IMG/VR virus record: IMGVR_UViG_3300025607_000008
Coordinates: 1 to 24,378 of that record
From: a virus
Taxonomy: Duplodnaviria > Caudoviricetes
Direction: 5' to 3' (one strand)
DNA: 24,378 nucleotides
Shown here: positions 18,400 through 24,378 of the stretch, piece after piece
Layout: each line of letters starts with the position of its first letter
Position numbering within the stretch: position 1 is the stretch's first letter
Position numbers and translations under genes: made by a program
The notes under the pieces: model-generated
Database searches by the model: none
Told to the model about the DNA's origin: nothing
What the model saw: the letters and a program-made list of their open reading frames with translations, nothing else

Positions 18400-20105
18400 C
18401 CTACTGCCCCTGTATCATAAATAGAATCTTCTTCTTGAGGCTCACGTTCTTGTAACATAGCCTCCCCAATTGCCATCATTAATGCGACAGCACCATCAAT
18501 TTTATTAATAGCTTTTTGCTTTACAGGTCTAACGACATCATCGTTACCTGGTAAGTTTTTACCGACAACGTTTGATATGTTCCATGTCATGACAGGATTA
18601 CCATCATGATGAAATCGCCCGTTATTAATTGCGGCCTCGAGTTCTTTCATCGGGTCGCTTAAGTTTGTGTAATTCTGAGTTATAGTTACTACTTCAAGAC
18701 CGTCATCCATAAGGTGATGGCCAAGGTTAGTTGCACCATGTGGATCAAGTGGTATTTTGATACTCGGTGTTTCTAAATGACTTGCTAAAATATCTTGTTG
18801 AATTTCACGGTAATCAATTTCGGCGCCATCTGTAACACTTAGTACGCCAAGATTAATATACTTTTGATAGCGCTCACCTAAGGACCTATTTTCATTGTTA
18901 AAAGCAGTGTCATACGGAACCCAAAATTGTGGGGCTATACAATACCAGTGCTTTTTACCATCAATTAGTTTCCAGAAAATACGTGCTTTAGAGTTCATAT
19001 CTAGCTTGCGAGCTAAATCACATGCTTGAACACAATCATCACCAATGAATTGGTCAATGCTTAATGTTTTATCTTCACAAGCACTCCATTTTTCCATGTT
19101 GAAGTAGGCTTCTTTAGCCGTTACCCACATGTTTAAATGTTTAGTTTTAAATCTGTTAGTAAAGCGAGGGCGTGTAATTGCCTTTTGTTGCTGACTTAAT
19201 AAATAGTCAGCCTTTACTGAAATACCGTAGTTAGGGTTCGCTTTAATCAATGCTTCTGGTGAAGCCCAATCATCACCATCATCAATACCAAAGATCAGAC
19301 CAAACAACGTATCGTCTTTAACACCATGCAACATTTCAACAACACGCTGCTCAAGATCATAACAAGGGCTGTCAATATCAGATCCTGCCGTTGTGATAAC
19401 CAACATCATTGGCTGCTCACGGGCTCCCATTCCGGTGTTGAATGTATCGTATTGATCATCACTTTGATGTTCGTGATATTCATCAATAATCGCAACATGT
19501 GGACTTGAACCATCACCAGGCTGACCGATAACAGGTTCAAATACAGAGCCATCAGTTTTAACTAATTTTTTTGCATTTATTTCTATCCCAAACCGTTTAC
19601 GCAAGTTTGGTAATTTTTGAACCATAAGCTTGGCAGGTTTGAAAACTTCCCAAGCTTGCTTTTCAGTAGTAGCCCCACAAAAAATTTCAGCGCCATATTC
19701 GTTATCAGCACAAAAACCGTAAAGGCCTACTCCAGCTGCAACGGCTGATTTCCCATTTTTACGGGGAACCTTTAAATACAGTTCTCGAAAACGTCGAGTG
19801 CCATCCGATTTTTTTAACCAACCAAAACCAACAGCAAAAAAGAAAAGCTGCCAAGGCTCCAAGGTTATCTTTAATTTTCGCCTTAACCACTCGCCTTTGG
19901 TGTGGGGCAATAGCTGAATGAATTTACAAATACGTTCTGCTGCATCACGATCAAACTTAAATTTAAATTTCTTCTGTTTCTCTTTTTTTAAATCGTCTAA
20001 ATGTCTTTTGCAGGCAAGTATCGTCAACTTACATGCAGGTATTTTTCCTGCTACAACTTCACGAGCATATTTGTTCGCTGCATTAACATTCGGGTAAGTA
20101 GACAT
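18393..20105 (-). CDS. terL: Terminase large subunit
   Basis: LEPWQ, Walker A VPRKNGKS, Walker [19 protein letters not shown] and [11 protein letters not shown] motifs. Confidence 0.97.
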   Translation of the reverse strand: MSTYPNVNAANKYAREVVAGKIPACKLTILACKRHLDDLKKEKQKKFKFKFDRDAAERICKFIQLLPHTKGEWLRRKLKITLEPWQLFFFAVGFGWLKKSDGTRRFRELYLKVPRKNGKSAVAAGVGLYGFCADNEYGAEIFCGATTEKQAWEVFKPAKLMVQKLPNLRKRFGIEINAKKLVKTDGSVFEPVIGQPGDGSSPHVAIIDEYHEHQSDDQYDTFNTGMGAREQPMMLVITTAGSDIDSPCYDLEQRVVEMLHGVKDDTLFGLIFGIDDGDDWASPEALIKANPNYGISVKADYLLSQQQKAITRPRFTNRFKTKHLNMWVTAKEAYFNMEKWSACEDKTLSIDQFIGDDCVQACDLARKLDMNSKARIFWKLIDGKKHWYCIAPQFWVPYDTAFNNENRSLGERYQKYINLGVLSVTDGAEIDYREIQQDILASHLETPSIKIPLDPHGATNLGHHLMDDGLEVVTITQNYTNLSDPMKELEAAINNGRFHHDGNPVMTWNISNVVGKNLPGNDDVVRPVKQKAINKIDGAVALMMAIGEAMLQEREPQEEDSIYDTGAVGC

Positions 20106-20108
20106 TGA

Positions 20109-20549
20109 CTAGAATTCATTAAACTCATTTTCTTCTTCATCACCTTTACCGCTCAAGCCTGTTCCAACTACTCGAGAGCGCGATAAAGGATCTAATCCTA
20201 AAAGTGAGCCCAACATTTTTAATTGACCAACTGCTATTTTATTAATGTTGACGGAAGGGTGAACTTTTTCACCACCATCAGCAGTTGAGGAATATAAGGT
20301 TTTTGCCATATCGTCTTGAGTTTCAAGCATCAATGACCAAGCGTTGCAATAAGCAACTAGTATCGGTAAATCTTCTCGGGATAATGTTCCACGAGAGATC
20401 ATAATTTTACTTTGAGCTTTCCAAAGATTTATTGCATTTTCATCACGGCATTGTTCAGGTGGTGCAACTCTTGTTAATGTTGGATCACCAACAGATAACA
20501 GCGCATCATTCTTTTTTCTTCCGCCACCGGCCGCTCGAATTGCTGTCAA
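20109..20549 (-). CDS. terS: Terminase small subunit, P27 family
   Basis: GGGRK, L.AYC.AW, HP and LGLDPLSRSR motifs. TTG start after GAGGT. Confidence 0.92.
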   Translation of the reverse strand: MTAIRAAGGGRKKNDALLSVGDPTLTRVAPPEQCRDENAINLWKAQSKIMISRGTLSREDLPILVAYCNAWSLMLETQDDMAKTLYSSTADGGEKVHPSVNINKIAVGQLKMLGSLLGLDPLSRSRVVGTGLSGKGDEEENEFNEF

Positions 20550-20580
20550 AATAACCTCAATTATTTTTCAAAAAAAGTTT

Positions 20581-20658
20581 TCTTATTTCTCACGTGTAAA
20601 AATTGACTTAGGTGGCTGTACTGGTAGAGCGTTTTGTTTTGAACAATTTAGTACCCCC
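20581..20658 (-). other. Putative cos packaging region (core about ACAGCCACC, 20611-20619)
   Basis: Between HNH and terS. The minus strand reads GGGGG...ACAGCCACCTAAGTCAATTTTTACACGTGAGAAATAA, resembling the layout of HK97/P27-type 3'-cos regions. The cut site is not determined. Confidence 0.6.
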
Positions 20659-21083
20659 TACCCCTTTCGAAGAGTGATAGCAGTGTGACCATAGCGCCTA
20701 AGCACCTCATTAACAGACTTGTTTCGCTCCCATGATGTCTTAATGGTGGCGCACTCACTACAGAAGCAAGACAGGTTACTAAGCTCTTCTGTGCCTCCCT
20801 TTGCTACTGGCACTATATGCTCAGTAATCACACCCCTAACCACAATTGATGGGGTCATTAACAGATGATTTATGCAAAGATGGTTAGCTAAATCTTTTAC
20901 GTGAGGTGATATGTGATACTTCCACTGACTTGTGTGGTGAACACGCTTACCTTTAGCTGTTTGTTGCTTGCCGTACTTGCCCCAACTTGCATTACCTTCA
21001 TGAACATCACAGTAACCATGCCGTTCAATAGTTGTTTTACCACATGATCTTTGTCTGCAGCGTTTAGGAGTAGCTTTAGGCAT
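20658..21083 (-). CDS. HNH endonuclease (HK97 gp74-like terminase cofactor) with an atypical motif
   Basis: N-terminal CxxxxC..GYCxxH, then EHIVP..KGG....NL..C..C..IKT; lies directly upstream of cos/terS. Confidence 0.85.
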   Translation of the reverse strand: MPKATPKRCRQRSCGKTTIERHGYCDVHEGNASWGKYGKQQTAKGKRVHHTSQWKYHISPHVKDLANHLCINHLLMTPSIVVRGVITEHIVPVAKGGTEELSNLSCFCSECATIKTSWERNKSVNEVLRRYGHTAITLRKG

Positions 21084-21409
21084 TAATGTTTATTCTCTAA
21101 CGCATCAACCTCAGCCTCTAAAGCCTGAACAGCTTTATCCAATGAATCAACACGTTGAGTTAATAAAGCGTTGCTGGTGATCAATGCATTTCTAGCTGGT
21201 ACCGCTTTATCTATTGAAGATTGAATTTTAGTAAGCGTTACTGATTGCGCTGTTTGAGTAGTAATGATTATCCCTTGCTGAACTTGCTGGTTACTCACGC
21301 TTAAACCAACCCACCCAAGTAAGCCCGCGATGATCACGGCAATAATTCCAGACGAGAATTTCTCAAACTGACTCAAGCGATGAGGAATGTACTGTTCTTG
21401 ATCTGACAT
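21083..21409 (-). CDS. Single-TM coiled-coil lysis-cassette protein (holin- or spanin-like, uncertain)
   Basis: Start moved to 21409 (TAATG overlap). TM segment GIIAVIIAGLLGWVGLSV followed by a heptad coiled coil. Confidence 0.65.
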   Translation of the reverse strand: MSDQEQYIPHRLSQFEKFSSGIIAVIIAGLLGWVGLSVSNQQVQQGIIITTQTAQSVTLTKIQSSIDKAVPARNALITSNALLTQRVDSLDKAVQALEAEVDALENKH

Positions 21410-21975
21410 TATTTCGATTTCCATAGACTCATTAAGTCAGTGAGTACTGATTTAGGCTCTGCATTTGATATGGCTTGATACTTTTGCTGCTTTTCTTTAG
21501 TACGCTTACCAAAGTATGAATTTAGTAAGCCGGATGGAATACCTAACAACGCAGTAACTAAAGGCCAGTTATTGCCGATAGCGATAACTGACTCTGAATC
21601 TTTTTCATTAATCGCAATACCTAGCATGATAATCAAACCAACGATAGCGAACGAAACAACCCACGCCATCATCAAAGCAATAAATGGTCTTGTTGAGTTG
21701 CCTGTTTTATCTACTTCACCTAATGCGGCTATTACTTTGGTGTGTTCCTGTATCGACGTTATTTCAACATCAAACTCTTTGCTTAATACTTCAACTTGAA
21801 AGTTAGCCGGCAACTGAGATATTGCATCTTGAATATCTGCACCGGTTGATTTTTCTGATAGCTTACCCTCACTAGGTAAAAACCCATTCACCATTTTTAA
21901 AATAGCATTGCCACCTGGTATAACATCAGCGAGTATTGAACTGCCAACCTTTCCTAATATGTTCAGTAAGTTCAT
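21409..21975 (-). CDS. Putative holin (GTA 3TM-holin-like)
   Basis: Amphipathic N-terminus, TRPFIA followed by a TM, and a second TM ending YFG.R..EK. ATGA overlap with the endolysin. Confidence 0.6.
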   Translation of the reverse strand: MNLLNILGKVGSSILADVIPGGNAILKMVNGFLPSEGKLSEKSTGADIQDAISQLPANFQVEVLSKEFDVEITSIQEHTKVIAALGEVDKTGNSTRPFIALMMAWVVSFAIVGLIIMLGIAINEKDSESVIAIGNNWPLVTALLGIPSGLLNSYFGKRTKEKQQKYQAISNAEPKSVLTDLMSLWKSK

Positions 21976-22400
21976 ACTTTCACCAATTCAAAATGAGGTA
22001 AGTCTTTAAAGGTTTCATCTGAAGTTCTGCCGTCTGAATCCCAATCACCACCCCAACGTATGGTATGACTAATGCGGCCTGCCTTTAACAGCTCTTCTGC
22101 AACACGTTTTACATAACCATGAAATGAAGCAAACGCTATGGCATCATCCCAATCCGTATTCTTTAATTCTGGAAAGTATGGACCTGCATCTACAGCCATA
22201 GACGGAAAATTGTTGTGCTTTGAGTTTGGAAATTGAACTTGAGATAAACCAGCAATGAAAGCTTTCTCTTGCGATTCTTTTGCTCGGTAACCACAGAAGA
22301 TAGAGCAATTTACAGTTTTACAAACCTCATTAAATATGAGCTGTAGGTCTATATGACAAGTTGCCAGCCTTGTAGTAGAAGCGTTTCCGAACTTAGGCAT
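21972..22400 (-). CDS. Endolysin, M15 family peptidase (L-Ala-D-Glu type)
   Basis: GYR, SKHN...AVD, RWGGDW and DLPHFEL zinc-peptidase motifs. Confidence 0.92.
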   Translation of the reverse strand: MPKFGNASTTRLATCHIDLQLIFNEVCKTVNCSIFCGYRAKESQEKAFIAGLSQVQFPNSKHNNFPSMAVDAGPYFPELKNTDWDDAIAFASFHGYVKRVAEELLKAGRISHTIRWGGDWDSDGRTSDETFKDLPHFELVKV

Positions 22401-22417
22401 AATTTAGTCTCAGATAT

Positions 22418-22443
22418 AAAAAAGCCCTATCAAATGACAGGGC
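22418..22443 (-). terminator. Second late-leader terminator just upstream of the endolysin
   Basis: Minus strand GCCCTGTC-ATTT-GATAGGGC-TTTTTT. Confidence 0.8.
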
Positions 22444-22534
22444 AAAACATGTATGTAAGATGGCTAACTGATGTATTAATGGCTTGCCACACCAAACTCT
22501 TGGCACATATTAATAGTGCTGCTCGCTACAGATG

Positions 22535-22565
22535 AAAAAAGCCCCAACATTTCTGGCGGGGCTTT
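22535..22565 (-). terminator. First late-leader terminator (tR'-like)
   Basis: Minus strand AAAGCCCCGCCA-GAAA-TGTTGGGGC-TTTTTT. Confidence 0.8.
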
Positions 22566-22569
22566 AACA

Positions 22570-22612
22570 ACAATAGCAAAATCATACGCTTTTTATGGGG
22601 AATAAAAACCGC
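22570..22612 (-). promoter_or_regulatory. Candidate Q-dependent late promoter (pR'-like)
   Basis: -10 TATGAT (22581-22586), followed after 5 nt by a -10-like TATTGT (possible sigma-dependent pause element). Inverted repeat TTTTTAT-TCCCC-ATAAAAA upstream. The -35 is poor. Confidence 0.4.
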
Positions 22613-22675
22613 ATATATGCCGAGTTATGTAATAAGTTAATAAATTTATATATAAACACTGAAAATTTAGGCTGA

Positions 22676-22737
22676 TTACTACATAATGTGCTTAATTTAT
22701 GAAATCACCATAAAAACAACAATATGTTGTGCTTAAT
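22676..22737. promoter_or_regulatory. Two NrdR-box-like sites / direct repeat 41 bp apart
   Basis: ttaCTACATAATGtgc (22676-22691) and caaCAATATGTTGtgc (22717-22732); both run into TGTGCTTAAT. Confidence 0.35.
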
Positions 22738-22817
22738 GACAATATACACCACTTCATACAGTAACAAATACATACAAATTGATGTGTAAAAGCATTGCGC
22801 AGTTTCATGTAACATGG

Positions 22818-22859
22818 TTCAATAGCTTTATTGAAGCATTTGCTCTTTTATTTTACTTT
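22818..22859 (+). promoter_or_regulatory. Candidate sigma70 promoter of the moron with an overlapping palindrome
   Basis: TTGAAG (22831-22836)-N17-TACTTT (22854-22859). Palindrome TTCAATA-GCTT-TATTGAA (22818-22835) covers the -35. Confidence 0.5.
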
Positions 22860-22962
22860 TATCACAACAAGAAAATAACTGACTCGAAACAATATGCTCA
22901 AGAAATTTCTTAAATTGCCGACTATACTCAAAGAAGGCAACAATAATACAGGGTGAAAAATT

Positions 22963-23007
22963 ATGAAAAAATCAATTATACTAATGCACGGAAGCGGATG
23001 TGGTTAA
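22963..23007 (+). CDS. Small peptide ORF, 14 aa MKKSIILMHGSGCG; not in the ORF track
   Basis: AGGGTGA RBS ending 6 nt before the ATG, an ATG AAA AAA start typical of translated genes, and a terminator just downstream. Confidence 0.6.
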   Translation: MKKSIILMHGSGCG

Positions 23008-23033
23008 TTTATACTCAAAAATGAAAACCCAAC

Positions 23034-23060
23034 AAACCCCTATTTCATAAGGGGTTTTTT
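23034..23060 (+). terminator. Intrinsic terminator/attenuator between the peptide ORF and the DUF4760-like gene
   Basis: AAACCCCT-ATTTCATA-AGGGGTTT-TTT, ending 24 nt before the downstream ATG. Confidence 0.8.
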
Positions 23061-23084
23061 ATTGCTTAAAAAAGGACGTTTACA

Positions 23085-23957
23085 ATGAAAGAGGATGGTT
23101 TCAAGGCGCAATTTAAACTGACCAATGTGCTTGTTTTAACACTCGCTATAGTCATCATGATTGTCTCTTTTGTGCATCATATTGGCGATTACAGCGAATC
23201 TTATAATAAATTCTACCCTTTTTTCTGGGCGGCAATATTCTTCCTTATAAATGTAGGGATGATCCCTGTGCTTTACAGGTTTGGCCATTCCAAAAAAGCA
23301 TTTTCTTACCAAGTTTGGTATGGCGTTTCAGCAATTGTTGCATTCCTTATAGCTTCTTCTTTTTGTCTATACAATTACTCCGTTAATGCCACAATTGTAA
23401 CCACAGGACCCTACTTGGTTGTTATTTCAGTTTTCTCTGCATGTTCTGCAGCCCTAGGCTGGGTTATACATGTACAATTATCAAATAAAAGTCACAGAAA
23501 AACTCATACTCTAAGTTTATTAATGCAATCAAGAGTAAGTACCGAATATCAGCTTCAAGTTAAAAACTTCACTAAATGCTTCCCTGCCTCATCACCAATT
23601 AAAAAAGAGCACTTAAAATATATTCAGGAAACAGAAAAATATTATAAATTGCTAAACACAAGTTGCACTGACACATCTAAGGATGCGATGTTCGTTGATG
23701 GTTTGCATGCAGCTAGGTACTTACTGAACTATTTTGAGTTTTTAGCTGCAGGGATAACTAAGGACGATTTAGATGAAGACTTATTATTTGAGTGTCTATC
23801 AGGCATTGTGGTTGGGCAATTCAAAAAATGCTGCTTGTTTGTAAAGCATGCTCAAGTAGACTCCCCAAACACATACATTAACCTTGAAAAGCTCGTAGAC
23901 AAATGGAAGCTAAGGCTACTGAAAGAAAAACTAAGGGCAAACTCAGAAGCCCGGTAA
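23085..23957 (+). CDS. Moron: four-TM membrane protein with a C-terminal DUF4760-like domain
   Basis: AAGGA RBS. Four hydrophobic segments in aa ~12-131, then RKTHTLSLL, YLLNYFEFLAAGI..DDLDEDL and Y.NLE.L..KW motifs. The only long plus-strand ORF in the window. Confidence 0.75.
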   Translation: MKEDGFKAQFKLTNVLVLTLAIVIMIVSFVHHIGDYSESYNKFYPFFWAAIFFLINVGMIPVLYRFGHSKKAFSYQVWYGVSAIVAFLIASSFCLYNYSVNATIVTTGPYLVVISVFSACSAALGWVIHVQLSNKSHRKTHTLSLLMQSRVSTEYQLQVKNFTKCFPASSPIKKEHLKYIQETEKYYKLLNTSCTDTSKDAMFVDGLHAARYLLNYFEFLAAGITKDDLDEDLLFECLSGIVVGQFKKCCLFVKHAQVDSPNTYINLEKLVDKWKLRLLKEKLRANSEAR

Positions 23958-23964
23958 GGATCAG

Positions 23965-24312
23965 CTAAAGCAATTCTCTTTCAGCTTTTCCTACCCAAAA
24001 AAGAAAGGCTTTTTTATCTGGAAAATATAATACCTTCCCTTTATTGATATAACGCTGCCGAATAGCTGTTTTACATTGAGGGGTTAAACATTCCAAAATA
24101 TTATCGATAACTTCAATATTATGAGGAACATGAATATTATCTGCCGAATGGCTAAATAAATGCAATGTACTTGAGCTGGCGCAACCAACCTCACAAGCTT
24201 CCTTTACGGATTGAGCGTTAGATTTACTAGAAAATCCTTGCCCCTCTTCTTGGCGAGCCCAGAAATTACCCCATTGCTTTAACTCACTTTGAACGTCTTT
24301 AATTGTTCTCAT
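23965..24312 (-). CDS. Late antitermination protein Q-like
   Basis: LKQWG.FW N-terminus and ID..L..L....AIRQRY motif; upstream of the lysis cassette and its terminators. Confidence 0.7.
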   Translation of the reverse strand: MRTIKDVQSELKQWGNFWARQEEGQGFSSKSNAQSVKEACEVGCASSSTLHLFSHSADNIHVPHNIEVIDNILECLTPQCKTAIRQRYINKGKVLYFPDKKAFLFWVGKAERELL

Positions 24313-24378
24313 TGGTGGCTAGCTCCATAGCTTCGTTAAGAGACATTTTAAAAATATCAGTTATGATCCAAATAGCAT
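24299..24378 (-). CDS. 3' end of an upstream phage gene (partial; ...AIWIITDIFKMSLNEAMELATNENN*)
   Basis: Open frame from the window edge, with its stop at 24299-24301 overlapping the start of Q. Too short to identify. Confidence 0.45.
   Translation of the reverse strand, partial: AIWIITDIFKMSLNEAMELATNENN

Noticed and set aside
382-22535. Numerous 60-96 aa plus-strand ORFs (e.g. 382-615, 2316-2552, 4601-4891, 6970-7197, 15443-15691, 21572-21799, 22353-22535)
   Set aside because: They are antisense shadows of long phage genes with no recognisable motifs, and many use non-ATG starts.
22915-22947. Alternative moron promoter TTGCCG ... AATAAT
   Set aside because: The spacing is too long for sigma70, and TATACT at 22923 lacks a -35 at the right distance. 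TTGAAG-N17-TACTTT is preferred.
22400-23085. CRISPR array, tRNA or canonical ToxI repeat array in the long intergenic region
   Set aside because: No regularly spaced 25-40 nt repeats and no cloverleaf with T/D-loop consensus; the repeats present are only about 10 nt.

Overview
The window holds almost the whole late operon of a temperate, lambda/HK97-like siphoprophage on the minus strand, in AT-rich DNA (a marine gammaproteobacterial host is a guess only). In transcription order: Q-like antiterminator, [oppositely oriented moron], late control region with two tandem terminators, M15 endolysin, two membrane/holin-like proteins, HNH, putative cos, terS, terL, a small membrane protein, HK97 portal, S49 protease, major capsid protein, head-tail joining genes, tail terminator, tail tube, tail chaperone with a -1 frameshift, tape measure, two tail-tip proteins, a receptor-binding fibre, two unknown genes, a terminator and possible integrase arm repeats. 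The most interesting part is the plus-strand moron at about 22.8-23.96 kb: promoter, an unannotated 14-codon peptide (MKKSIILMHGSGCG), an intrinsic terminator, then a 4-TM DUF4760-like protein converging on Q. It is a candidate peptide- or attenuator-gated defence or exclusion system. Also notable: a tail terminator with one domain apparently nested inside another, an HNH lacking its last His, NrdR-box-like sites in the late control region, and several structured intergenic RNA candidates. All family calls come from motif recognition by eye; no searches were run.
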